Source: an uncultured Candidatus Saccharibacteria bacterium (GTDB taxonomy: Bacteria > Patescibacteriota > Minisyncoccia > Phycocordibacterales > CSBR16-119). Taken from it: 44,535 nt of DNA. The notes under the pieces were generated by a model. That model saw only the letters and a list, made by a program, of their open reading frames with translations. It searched no databases and was not told the origin of the DNA. The position numbers and the translations under genes are program-made. The first letter of the stretch is position 1. Each line of letters opens with the position of its first letter. The stretch spans positions 1-44,535 of the forward strand of contig CAYHDV010000005.1 of NCBI GenBank assembly GCA_964355515.1, in the 5' to 3' direction. Below, in pieces: positions 34,642 through 44,142 of this stretch.

Positions 34642-34824
34642 ATGGAAAAACCAAATTTTATAGATCAAGAATTAAAAGAGCTTGCAAGACTTTCTCTTGA
34701 AAATGAGAGAGGAAATTTGAGCAGAGATCAAAAAAAACTTCTTGAAAGAAGGCTCTCTCACCATGTGGTGTATGAAGAGAAAATACAATATTTGATTCAA
34801 GAGATAAAAAATAAGAATAATTAA
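34642..34824 (+). CDS. Small hypothetical protein between the transketolase halves
   Basis: 60 aa; GGAGG upstream; fills the gap exactly. Confidence 0.6.
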   Translation: MEKPNFIDQELKELARLSLENERGNLSRDQKKLLERRLSHHVVYEEKIQYLIQEIKNKNN

Positions 34825-34836
34825 AAAACATAAAAA

Positions 34837-35829
34837 ATGCTTAATAAATCTGCAAAACTTCATAAAGATACTTTGAACAAAGAAAAGCTCAAGATGGTTC
34901 CCACTCGAGATGGTTTTGGTGAAGGGTTGGTTGCGCTTGGAGAAAAGAATCCAAATATTCTTGCTCTTTGTGCAGACTTGGCAGAATCGACTCGGATAGA
35001 GCCATTCAAAAATAAATTCCCTGATAGATATGTGGAGCTGGGTGTTGCAGAACAGAACTTGGCAACTGTTGCCTCTGGTATGGCGGCAATGGGGAAAGTT
35101 CCTTTTATTGCGAGTTATGCTACTTTTTCTCCTGGGCGAAACAACGAACAAATCAGGACAACTATCGCAATCAATGAAAGCAACGTAAAAATTGTGGGGT
35201 CTCATGCAGGGGTGTCTGTTGGGCCAGATGGTGCGACTCATCAAGCATTGGAGGACATAGGACTTATGCGGATGATGCCAAATATGACGGTGATAGTACC
35301 TGTTGATGCAGAAGAGGCTAGAAAGGCGACGCTGGCTATTGGAGGCACAGATAAGCCTGCTTATATACGTCTAGGACGCTCAAAAACACCTCTATTCACC
35401 ACGAAAGATACTCCATTTGAAATAGGGAAGGCTGAGGTTTTGTATAGCGCTGATCACCCTATGGTGGGGATTATAGGAGCAGGGCCGGTTTTGTATAATG
35501 CCCTTTTGGCAGCTCATGAAATGACAGAAGCAGGTGTTCCCACAAGTGTCCTCAACCTCGCAACTATCAAGCCAATAGATAAAGAGTCTATTGTGGAATT
35601 TGCAGAAAAGTGTGGAGCAATAGTGACTGTAGAAGAGCATCAAATCGCCGGTGGAGTGGGGTCAGCAGTGGCGGAAGTCTTGGCAGGCGAGTATCCTGTA
35701 CCGATTGAGTTTATCGGAGTGCATGACCAGTTCGGGCAGTCAGGAGAGCCAGATGAATTGATATCTCACTATAAAATGGACAAAGATTCTATCAAGGATG
35801 CAATAGAAAAAGTTTTGAGGAGAAAATAA
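34837..35829 (+). CDS. Transketolase, C-terminal subunit
   Basis: TRDGFG, ADL..ST, GVAEQN, GPDGATHQALED, TVEEH and FGQSG motifs. Confidence 0.95.
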   Translation: MLNKSAKLHKDTLNKEKLKMVPTRDGFGEGLVALGEKNPNILALCADLAESTRIEPFKNKFPDRYVELGVAEQNLATVASGMAAMGKVPFIASYATFSPGRNNEQIRTTIAINESNVKIVGSHAGVSVGPDGATHQALEDIGLMRMMPNMTVIVPVDAEEARKATLAIGGTDKPAYIRLGRSKTPLFTTKDTPFEIGKAEVLYSADHPMVGIIGAGPVLYNALLAAHEMTEAGVPTSVLNLATIKPIDKESIVEFAEKCGAIVTVEEHQIAGGVGSAVAEVLAGEYPVPIEFIGVHDQFGQSGEPDELISHYKMDKDSIKDAIEKVLRRK

Positions 35830-35860
35830 AAAACCCAGTTTCTCATGGGTTTTTTATAAT

Positions 35861-36349
35861 CTATCTCTGGCCAGTGTTTTCTTCGTACATTGGAAGAAGT
35901 AGATCAATGGTCTTTTTTGTTTTTTCTAGAGTATCAAGCGTATCCTTAAGTTTCTTCTCAATCTTTATACATCTTTGAGCCAGAAGATTGTATTCTGCTG
36001 TATTTTTTAATCCTAAATTAAGTCGTTCTTCTAAAACATTTTTTATTTCAATATCTTGTTGTACGTTTTCGAGTCTTTGGATCAAAAGCTTGTAGTCTAC
36101 CTCAAGCTCACGCTCTAGCTTTGATTTTTCAAATAATACTTGAGTTAGCATGTTTTCCAATGAATCTTTAGCTTCATTGGTGTTCACTTGAGCTGCATGT
36201 TTTTCAATAGTTTCCATCTCTTTTGTCCCAAGATCTAAAGAAATTCCTTCGGCCTCTCTTGATATAGAATCAGCATTAATAACAACTCCCATTTTTGATG
36301 CTTGGTCAAAGGCCTCTCTCCCTTCATTTTCTGATTTTTTATATTCCAT
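35861..36349 (-). CDS. Hypothetical coiled-coil protein
   Basis: E/K/L-rich 162-aa ORF, last gene of a tightly packed minus-strand operon. Confidence 0.7.
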   Translation of the reverse strand: MEYKKSENEGREAFDQASKMGVVINADSISREAEGISLDLGTKEMETIEKHAAQVNTNEAKDSLENMLTQVLFEKSKLERELEVDYKLLIQRLENVQQDIEIKNVLEERLNLGLKNTAEYNLLAQRCIKIEKKLKDTLDTLEKTKKTIDLLLPMYEENTGQR

Positions 36350-36353
36350 AATA

Positions 36354-36998
36354 TTAATTATTGTATAAATTTTTTCCGGGTCGTAAAATTTCTTGAATCT
36401 TTTTTAAGGCAAGAGTTGCTTCTTTTACTTCTGCCTTGGTCATGAGTAGTTTGTCTTCAAGCATTTCAATATGAGCTTGGGCCCGCAAGATTTCTTTTTC
36501 AAGTTTTGCTCCTGTTTTTCCAACCTGGAGTATCATTTCTTTTTGTTGTCGGAAGAAGTTTTTTTTCTTGATTTCTTCTTTTGGTACAGGAAGAGTTAGA
36601 ACAGTGTGTAAATCATTGTACATCTCATTTAATTCTTTGGTTTTATCTTCAATCATCTGCGTTAGCCCTTCTTTTTTGTAAGAATTTGCACTATATAGAC
36701 GAAGTGTTTCGGTGAAAGATTCCTCCATAGAATTTAGTCTAGAGTGAAGTTCATTTGTCAGCTCAGCATTTTTTATATTGGTTGCTTCTTGTATTGCGAG
36801 GGCAATTGCTTGTTTTTGTTCATCTTCTCTATCTAGCCCAATATCAATAGCATCCATTTTTGGTAACTTGCGTAGAATTTCTTCCTCATCTTTTCGAGAA
36901 AGAGGACTTTTGGCGGTAGCTTTGTGGAGAGCTTTTTCTTGGGCAGATCTTTTATCTTCTTTTTCTTCGCTACTAAAATTGTCGAGATCAGGAAACAT
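36354..36998 (-). CDS. Hypothetical coiled-coil protein
   Basis: E/K/L-rich 214-aa ORF starting 1 nt after the kinase stop. Confidence 0.7.
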   Translation of the reverse strand: MFPDLDNFSSEEKEDKRSAQEKALHKATAKSPLSRKDEEEILRKLPKMDAIDIGLDREDEQKQAIALAIQEATNIKNAELTNELHSRLNSMEESFTETLRLYSANSYKKEGLTQMIEDKTKELNEMYNDLHTVLTLPVPKEEIKKKNFFRQQKEMILQVGKTGAKLEKEILRAQAHIEMLEDKLLMTKAEVKEATLALKKIQEILRPGKNLYNN

Positions 36999-36999
36999 A

Positions 37000-38019
37000 T
37001 TAAATAATAGTTACTTTGTAATCTTCAGGAGCTTTTGAAAGCCATCCCTCTATTTCTTCTCTCGTTAGGAGTCCAGCTTGAGCTCCAATGTGTTGAACAA
37101 CGTTCATAGAGTTAATTGGTGCACGAAGAAGCGCTTCTTCTATGCTCATCCCACTTGCTATAAAAGAGGTGAAAGCAGAAGAAAATGAATCACCTGCACC
37201 AGTTCTCTCTACTGGAGGTTTGGGGTCTGGGTACATTGGTACAAAAAGCATCTGGCTTCCATCATAAGCGTAAGCACCATTTCTTCCATAGGTGATGGCA
37301 GTAATTTTTGGGCCCAAATCATGTATTCCTTGGAGGAGTTTTTTGATATCTGTTTCGTCTTTTGAAATTTTCCCTGATTCAACCAGAATTCTTGTCGCTT
37401 CTTCTTGGTTACAAAAGAACAATTCAGTTCTTGCATAGATATCTTTTAATTTTTCATAGCCAAGCTTTATTTGGAAAGTTCCAGGCTGGAAAGCCAACTT
37501 TGTTTCTGGGTGAGAAGTCAGATATTCCGCAATCTGTTTGTGATAGAGAAGAGAATTTTCCGCAAGAGAAGAAAGATACATCCAGTCAACAGATTCAACA
37601 TCTTTGATTTCAGAGTTCAAATCATAATCAAATTCTGCGTGCTTTATAAGAATAGTTCTTTCTGCTTCGTAGGAAAGAACATAATGATAGTTTGTATCAA
37701 TTCCTTCCTGTTTTTTGATTAGGCTTACATCCACGTTATTTTTAGTAAGAGCACCTATACAATCCTCTCCATGTCGATCAGCTCCTACATGTGTGAGAAT
37801 AGATGAAGCAAGCCCAAGCTTTGAAGCAGAAACACTCGCATTTGGACTATTCCCAACTCCCTCTACAATAGTCGCCTTTTTAAAAGGTATTTTGTCACCA
37901 AATTTCATTGAAATGGTGCAGTTTTTATCATTTATGTCACAAGTCACTCTAGCATCTTCTAGTTCAATAAAAGCGTCAATTACCACGTCCCCAATGGCCA
38001 AAAATTCTATTTTTTTCAT
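37000..38019 (-). CDS. PfkB/ribokinase family carbohydrate kinase
   Basis: GNSPNASVSASKLG, VGAD..G, NQEEA, TYGRNG and ERTGAGDSF motifs. Confidence 0.92.
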   Translation of the reverse strand: MKKIEFLAIGDVVIDAFIELEDARVTCDINDKNCTISMKFGDKIPFKKATIVEGVGNSPNASVSASKLGLASSILTHVGADRHGEDCIGALTKNNVDVSLIKKQEGIDTNYHYVLSYEAERTILIKHAEFDYDLNSEIKDVESVDWMYLSSLAENSLLYHKQIAEYLTSHPETKLAFQPGTFQIKLGYEKLKDIYARTELFFCNQEEATRILVESGKISKDETDIKKLLQGIHDLGPKITAITYGRNGAYAYDGSQMLFVPMYPDPKPPVERTGAGDSFSSAFTSFIASGMSIEEALLRAPINSMNVVQHIGAQAGLLTREEIEGWLSKAPEDYKVTII

Positions 38020-38054
38020 ATAGAGAATTATATCACATATGATATACTCAAAAT

Positions 38055-39725
38055 ATGGAAGATCTGAAGACTCAAATTGAAAAGTTTTTTTCAGGTGACG
38101 TTGTGCTTGATAGGGCAGATTTAAAAAAGGCTAGCAGGGACTGGAGTCTTTTTGAAGTGACACCAAAAATGATCGTATATCCTAGAAATTCTCGAGATAT
38201 ACAAGAGCTGGTATCTTTTGTCTCAAAGAAAAAGAAAACTCAAAAATGGGGTGACCTCTCTCTGACTGTTCGTGCTGCAGGTACAGACATGTCTGGTGGC
38301 CCACTAAATGATTCTATTATTATAGACGTGACTCGATATATGAAGGGGATTATTTCTATCGACGAAAAACAAGTGGTTATCCTCCCTGGTACTTATTATA
38401 GAGATTTAGAAAAGAAAACAGATGAGCTGGGTGTTATGATGCCGTGTTTTCCCGCATCAAAAAGTATTTGTGCTGTCGGAGGAATGGTTGCGAACAATGG
38501 TGCAGGGGAGTTGTCTCTTCGATATGGCCAAAACAAAGATTGGGTAAAATCTCTAAAGGTTGTACTTGCAGATGGTAAAGAATACGAATTCAAACCTGTC
38601 ACAAGAGATGTGGTCCAGGCAAAGAGCTTACAGAAAGACTTGGAAGGCGAGGTGTATAGAAAAGTCTGGCATCTTGTCCAAAGAGCAAAGGATGACATCC
38701 AGTTGGCAAAACCAAAAACAAGCAAAAATAGTTCAGGCTATCTTATTTGGGATACCTGGAATGAATCTCTAGAACTTTTTGACCTTACAAAGCTGGTTGT
38801 CGGCGCTCAGGGTACAACTGCGATCATCACAGAAATAACATATGCCCTCACTCCGAAATCAAAGACAAAAATAATGATTGTCTCATTTTTGCGAGATTTC
38901 AAATCAATTCCAGAATTAGTGGAAACTCTTCTTAAGACAAACCCAGATTCTCTTGAGGTGTATGATGATAATACATTCAAGTTCGCCGCAAAATTTTTTA
39001 AAGACCTTGTAAAAGACAAGGGGTTCTGGGGAGTTATTCATTTTGGATTACGGTTTATTCCTGAATTTTTTATGTCTTTGTTTGGAGGTATCCCTAAAAT
39101 GGTTGTCTTGTCTGAGTACTCAGGAGAGACTACCAAAGAGGTTCAAGAGAAAGCAAAAGAAGTAAAAAAACTTTTGAGAAAAATTAAAAACATTCGTTCT
39201 AGAATCATTTCTTCTCCCAAAGAAGCAGAGAAGTATTGGCAGATCAGACATGATAGTTTCAAGCTTCTTACAGAACACTCAAAAGATGAAAGTCACGGTA
39301 GTAGAACCGCGCCTTTTATTGATGATATAGCAATAAATCCAGAATATCTGCCAGAATATCTGCCCAGACTTATTGGAATATTGGAACAATACAATTTGCT
39401 CTACACGATAGCAGGACACCTCGGAAATGGGAATCTTCATATCATACCGATTATGGACTTTAATGATCCTCGGACAAAAGAAGTTATTTTAGAAATAACA
39501 CCAAAAGTCTACGAATTGGCAAAGGAATACCAAGGCTCATTTACCGCAGAGCACAATGACGGGATTATCAGAACGCCATATCTTTCTATGATGTATGGTG
39601 AAAAGACAGTAGAAATTTTCAAAGAAATTAAGGACATTTTTGATCCTCTAAACATCTTTAATCCAGGGAAAAAGGTTGGAGGTACAATCAAATATCTAGA
39701 GGACCACATAATCTTAGAAAAATAG
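38055..39725 (+). CDS. FAD-binding oxidoreductase (GlcD/D-lactate dehydrogenase-like)
   Basis: RAAGTDMSG, VGGMVANN, GAQGT, GHLGNGNLH, AEHNDG and FDPLNIFNPGK motifs. Confidence 0.88.
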   Translation: MEDLKTQIEKFFSGDVVLDRADLKKASRDWSLFEVTPKMIVYPRNSRDIQELVSFVSKKKKTQKWGDLSLTVRAAGTDMSGGPLNDSIIIDVTRYMKGIISIDEKQVVILPGTYYRDLEKKTDELGVMMPCFPASKSICAVGGMVANNGAGELSLRYGQNKDWVKSLKVVLADGKEYEFKPVTRDVVQAKSLQKDLEGEVYRKVWHLVQRAKDDIQLAKPKTSKNSSGYLIWDTWNESLELFDLTKLVVGAQGTTAIITEITYALTPKSKTKIMIVSFLRDFKSIPELVETLLKTNPDSLEVYDDNTFKFAAKFFKDLVKDKGFWGVIHFGLRFIPEFFMSLFGGIPKMVVLSEYSGETTKEVQEKAKEVKKLLRKIKNIRSRIISSPKEAEKYWQIRHDSFKLLTEHSKDESHGSRTAPFIDDIAINPEYLPEYLPRLIGILEQYNLLYTIAGHLGNGNLHIIPIMDFNDPRTKEVILEITPKVYELAKEYQGSFTAEHNDGIIRTPYLSMMYGEKTVEIFKEIKDIFDPLNIFNPGKKVGGTIKYLEDHIILEK

Positions 39726-39828
39726 GCTTCCCCGATATAAACTAATATAGAGAAATATAGAATTAGGATTTTCTTGAGAAAGGGAATTATTATTTGATTT
39801 TTAAGTCAATTGGTGTATAATAGCCTCC

Positions 39829-40455
39829 ATGACAACACTTAACGGTAAAAACCGAGATATAAAAATAAGCCTAGACTCTCTTCGAGCTCAAGGTGTTATT
39901 CCTGCTGTTTTTTATGGAGCAGGGAGTGTTACAACTTCAATTTCTATTGATTCTAAAGAATTCGATAAGATTTTTGATGAAGTTGGAGAAACACACACTA
40001 TTACTCTTGATGTGGAAGGAAAGAAAGTAGATGCACTAGTGCACGAAGTTTCAAGACATCCAATCTCAAATGTTCCTATTCACGTAGATTTTTTGGTTGT
40101 TGATACAAACAAACCTGTTGAAGTAGCTATTCCTCTTGAATTCATCGGAGTATCAGAAGCAGAAAAAGCTGGTGGAATCATCACAAAGACCCTTCATGAA
40201 GTTGAGGTTAGAGCTCTGCCTGCAAATATTCCAGATGTTATACAAGTAGATTTGTCACTTCTTGTAAATGAAGAATCAGTTATTCACCTAAAGGACTTGA
40301 AGTTCCCAGCAGGAGTAGAATTCGTAGATGAAGCAGAAAAAGTAGTAGCTTCTATCACTATCGCAAAAGAAGAGGAAGAGAGCACAATTTCTGCCGAAGA
40401 TGCTCTAGCAAAGATTGCTGTTGAGAAAAAAGGTAAAAAAGAAGAAGAAGTGTAA
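39829..40455 (+). CDS. rplY: 50S ribosomal protein L25/Ctc
   Basis: LR..GVIPAVFYG, HP...PIHVDF and GG motifs; acidic tail. Confidence 0.94.
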   Translation: MTTLNGKNRDIKISLDSLRAQGVIPAVFYGAGSVTTSISIDSKEFDKIFDEVGETHTITLDVEGKKVDALVHEVSRHPISNVPIHVDFLVVDTNKPVEVAIPLEFIGVSEAEKAGGIITKTLHEVEVRALPANIPDVIQVDLSLLVNEESVIHLKDLKFPAGVEFVDEAEKVVASITIAKEEEESTISAEDALAKIAVEKKGKKEEEV

Positions 40456-40468
40456 TATTGATCAAAGG

Positions 40469-40503
40469 AAAACGTCATCTACCTTGAGTAGATGACGTTT
40501 TTT
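40469..40503 (+). terminator. Rho-independent terminator
   Basis: AAAACGTCATCTAC-CTTGA-GTAGATGACGTTTTTT. Confidence 0.8.
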
Positions 40504-40566
40504 GACTAGAGGTACTGTTGAAAGAAGACTTTGAGATGACTTATAAAAAGGTATAATAATATCACT

Positions 40567-41925
40567 GTGAAAATACAAAAAACAAAAAATATAATTGCAA
40601 TTTCTTTCCTTTTTGGGATAGTTTCCCTGACTTCTTTTTTGATGATAACTCAAAACGTTTTTGCCTTAACAGCAAGTGAGAGATCTGCTCTTGAGGCAGA
40701 ATTGGCAAAACTTGAAGCAGAAATAAAAAAACAAGAAGCAATTCTTTCTCAACAGAAAAATCAATCTGTTTCTATTTCAAGTGAAGTGTCGAAACTAAAA
40801 GCCCAAGTAGACACTGCTCGCTCAAAAATAAATTATAGAAATACTCAAATCAAGAAACTATCTTCAGATATCACAACAAAGGACAAGGTGGTGAAGACGC
40901 TTAGCGCTGACATCGAAGATAAGAAAGGCTCAATATCTAAATTGGTTAGAGAAACAAGAGAGCTTGATGATAGAGGGACACTTCACTTGGTCTTAGCTAG
41001 TGAAAATATATCTGATTTTTACAAAGAAGCAGACTCATTTGTTTTTGTTCGGAGGTCACTAAAGGATAAAGTGGATGAGCTCCTAGGTGTGAAGACTCTT
41101 ACAGAAGAAGAAAAGAAAAACCTTGAGGCTAAAAAGGGGGAAGAAGAGGTGGCTCGTCTTGAGCTTGAAAGACAAAAGAAAATTGTAGAACAAAACAAAG
41201 CAGAACAAGACACCCTACTTTCTAAGAGTAAAAACAAAGAAAAAGCTTATGAATCTATTATTGCCGAAAGAGAAAAAGACGCTGCAAAGATTCGAGCTCA
41301 ACTCTTTGAGCTTGTGGGTATTCCAAAGGGTGGTATCCCTTTTGGAGAGGCTTATGAATATGCTAAATATGCAGAAACTAAAACAGGTGTTGACGCGGCC
41401 TTTCTTCTGGCTATCGCTACCCAAGAAACTGGTATTGGTAAAAATGTAGGGACATGTAATCGTCCCGGTGATGCCAAGAAATGGTATGACATTATGCCTG
41501 GTCCAGATGACAATTCATGGAGAGATGACCAAACCATATTCTTGCAAATAATGAAAGACCTGGGGATGAATCCCGAAGGTGTGCCTCTTTCTTGTCCTGC
41601 TTCATGGGGTGGATGGGGTGGAGCTATGGGTCCTATGCAATTTATTCCAGCGACATGGAAACAATATGCCCCAAGAGTAGCAAAAGCCGCCGGAGTAGCC
41701 GTTGCGAATCCTTGGAACCCTCAACATGCATTTATCGCTTCTTCCACATATTTGGCTGATCTTGGTGCCGGGAAACAGACTTTCGAAGCTGAAAGGGAAG
41801 CAGCATGCAAGTATTATTCAGGTAAATCATGTTATGCGCCAAAGGTTACAAACCTGTTTTATGGTAACTCTGTAATGGCCCACAAATCCGCAATTCAAGC
41901 CAAAATCGATGTCTTGGAGAGATAG
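40567..41925 (+). CDS. Secreted coiled-coil (PcsB/CwlO-like) protein with lytic transglycosylase domain
   Basis: Signal peptide, long coiled coil, AIATQET catalytic Glu, GAMGPMQFIPATW and NPWNP motifs. Confidence 0.85.
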   Translation: MKIQKTKNIIAISFLFGIVSLTSFLMITQNVFALTASERSALEAELAKLEAEIKKQEAILSQQKNQSVSISSEVSKLKAQVDTARSKINYRNTQIKKLSSDITTKDKVVKTLSADIEDKKGSISKLVRETRELDDRGTLHLVLASENISDFYKEADSFVFVRRSLKDKVDELLGVKTLTEEEKKNLEAKKGEEEVARLELERQKKIVEQNKAEQDTLLSKSKNKEKAYESIIAEREKDAAKIRAQLFELVGIPKGGIPFGEAYEYAKYAETKTGVDAAFLLAIATQETGIGKNVGTCNRPGDAKKWYDIMPGPDDNSWRDDQTIFLQIMKDLGMNPEGVPLSCPASWGGWGGAMGPMQFIPATWKQYAPRVAKAAGVAVANPWNPQHAFIASSTYLADLGAGKQTFEAEREAACKYYSGKSCYAPKVTNLFYGNSVMAHKSAIQAKIDVLER

Positions 41926-41963
41926 TATTGCCTTTTTAAAGAAATCTGCTACTATGTAAACTT

Positions 41964-42224
41964 ATGAAAACAGATATTCACCCAAAAAACAATCGACCCG
42001 TAATATTCGAAGACAAAGACGCTGGAGTGCGGTTTTTGATTCTTTCAACTGTTAAGACAACAGAGAAAGCGAAGTGGGATGATGGCAAAGAATACGATCT
42101 TTATTCAGTAGAAATCTCTTCCGCCTCTCATCCATTTTATACAGGAAATGAAAAAGTTCTTGATACCGCTGGACGAGTGGATAAGTTCAAAAAACGAGTT
42201 GCTGCATCAGCTTCAAAGAAATAA
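41964..42224 (+). CDS. rpmE2: 50S ribosomal protein L31 type B (Zn-free)
   Basis: MKTDIHP...[12 protein letters not shown]...GRVDKF; no Cys. Confidence 0.95.
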   Translation: MKTDIHPKNNRPVIFEDKDAGVRFLILSTVKTTEKAKWDDGKEYDLYSVEISSASHPFYTGNEKVLDTAGRVDKFKKRVAASASKK

Positions 42225-42257
42225 ACAAAAAACGCACTCTGTGCGTTTTTTGTTTAT
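42221..42257. terminator. Bidirectional terminator
   Basis: ATAAACAAAAAACGCAC-TCT-GTGCGTTTTTTGTTTAT. Confidence 0.8.
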
Positions 42258-42262
42258 GATTG

Positions 42263-43009
42263 CTATGTAACAACCAAAACTCGGTCTTTCTCATACTGGT
42301 CTTTGATTATAGAATAGTTAGAAATTCCTTGCATCTTCAGAAATTCAAGGATATCCATTGTTTGGTCTTCTCCATATTCAATATACAGTTTTCCATTGGG
42401 CCGTAGATATTTGGGAGATTCTTTGATAAGTTTTTTAACAAAAAACAATCCACTATCTTCTGCAAACAGAGCTAGGTGGTCTTCGAAGTTTAGAACCGAA
42501 TCTTGGACTGTTTCTTTTCTTTCTAAAGATATATAGGGTGGGTTTGCAAGGATGTAGTCATATTTTTTAAGAGGGATATTTTCAAAAACATCTGATTGGT
42601 AAACATGGTATCTATCCTCAGACACTTTATTTAAGAATAGATTTTTTTTGATTTGTTTAATATTCTCATTTTTTATTTCTCCAAAATCAACGGATGATTG
42701 AGTATTATTTTTTAGAATACTGATACCAATACATCCTGAACCAGAAAAAATATCTAAAATATCAACTTTTTTATCTTTAATTTCTTTTGTAATAAGGTTG
42801 TTTATCCAATACTCTGTCTCTGCTCTCGGGATTAGAGGCTTGTATTCAAGGTCAATAAAAGCTCCACAAAAAGGAATGTTTCCAATAACATAGGCAAGAG
42901 GAGTTCCAGCAGAAAGAAGCTCTAAATCTTTCTCAAAATCTGTTGATTTTTCACCATTATATTTCTCTTTGAGAAGCCACAAAGCTTCTTTCTCTAGGTC
43001 ATTATTCAT
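42263..43009 (-). CDS. prmC: Release factor glutamine methyltransferase
   Basis: PLAYVIG, LIPRAETE, LDIFSGSGCI and ANPPY motifs. Confidence 0.93.
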   Translation of the reverse strand: MNNDLEKEALWLLKEKYNGEKSTDFEKDLELLSAGTPLAYVIGNIPFCGAFIDLEYKPLIPRAETEYWINNLITKEIKDKKVDILDIFSGSGCIGISILKNNTQSSVDFGEIKNENIKQIKKNLFLNKVSEDRYHVYQSDVFENIPLKKYDYILANPPYISLERKETVQDSVLNFEDHLALFAEDSGLFFVKKLIKESPKYLRPNGKLYIEYGEDQTMDILEFLKMQGISNYSIIKDQYEKDRVLVVT

Positions 43010-43109
43010 AAGTATCTATATTAGCTAGTTTAAGATTCTGAGACAAGCATATTCAGAGGTGATTGACGTTCTGCCTGTTTATCAATATGATGTAAGGCAC
43101 AGTATAAGT

Positions 43110-44096
43110 ATGGATTTAATAAATGAGAAAATAGAAAAATTAAATTTCGAAAAACTTCTGGCAGATCACCAGACGTCTTTTGTTGCTGGTGAAATCCAAA
43201 AATTAAATACTCAATACTTAGAAAACAAAGAGTTGATAAAAGCTGATCCATCCATGAAAGAGATGGTAGAAGATGAACAATCAAACTTAGAAATACAGCT
43301 TTCAGCATATGTAGATCAAATAGAGAAAATTCTAAAATCAAAAGAAGAGGAAGAAAAATTCCCAAACGAACTTATCTTGGAGATTCGAGCTGGGGCTGGG
43401 GGAGACGAAGCCAGCTTGTTTGGGAGGCAACTTGCCACCATGTATGAAAGATACTCAGAGATGCAAGGGTGGACATGGAGTATCGTAGATGAATCAATGA
43501 ATGATGTGGGAGGGTACAAAGAAGTCTCAATTGAGATCAAGGGTCTTGGCGTGTACAAGGCTCTTCGGTTCGAAACAGGGGTGCATAGAATCCAGAGAAT
43601 CCCTGCCACAGAAAAGCAGGGGAGAATCCACACATCAACAGCTTCTGTTGCTATTATGCCACTCTTCAAGCAAGTGAAATTTGTCTTAAATGAATCAGAC
43701 CTAGAATTCGAAACTTCTCGTTCGGGAGGGGCCGGAGGACAAAATGTAAACAAGGTAGAAAGTGCCGTGCGAGTAATCCACAAGCCAAGTGGTCTATGGG
43801 TGCGTTCTACAGCAGAAAGAACCCAGCTAAAAAATAAAGAAAAAGCCATGAATCTCCTGGCTCAGAAGCTTCAACAAATAGAGGAAGAAGAGGAGGCAAA
43901 GAAAAACGCAGACAGTAGAGCCTCTCAAATAGGAACAGCAGATAGGTCAGAAAAAATCAGAACTTACAATGAGCCTCAGGATAGAATCACCGACCACCGT
44001 ATCAAGCAATCCTGGTCAAATATTCCAAAGATTTATGCCGGGAATATTGACGCTATACTTAATGCTCTAGCTGAGGCTAGTGAAGGGGGAAAATAA
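43110..44096 (+). CDS. prfA: Peptide chain release factor 1
   Basis: EIRAGAGGDEA, GVHRIQRIPAT (PxT), GGQ and RSEKIRTYN motifs. Start MDLIN lies downstream of TTGACG-17-TATGAT (43063-43091). Confidence 0.95.
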   Translation: MDLINEKIEKLNFEKLLADHQTSFVAGEIQKLNTQYLENKELIKADPSMKEMVEDEQSNLEIQLSAYVDQIEKILKSKEEEEKFPNELILEIRAGAGGDEASLFGRQLATMYERYSEMQGWTWSIVDESMNDVGGYKEVSIEIKGLGVYKALRFETGVHRIQRIPATEKQGRIHTSTASVAIMPLFKQVKFVLNESDLEFETSRSGGAGGQNVNKVESAVRVIHKPSGLWVRSTAERTQLKNKEKAMNLLAQKLQQIEEEEEAKKNADSRASQIGTADRSEKIRTYNEPQDRITDHRIKQSWSNIPKIYAGNIDAILNALAEASEGGK

Positions 44097-44142
44097 GTTG
44101 TATAATTAGATTATTATTTAGATAATATATAAAAAAATTAAT

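Noticed and set aside
33753-35829. Transketolase pseudogene broken by an insertion
   Set aside because: Two-subunit transketolases are an established form, and both halves have intact motifs and their own starts.
43316-43849. Long antisense ORFs (also 34672-35244, 19357-19827, 26872-27282, 9595-9981, 11417-11806)
   Set aside because: They are shadows of well-supported genes on the opposite strand and carry no motifs.
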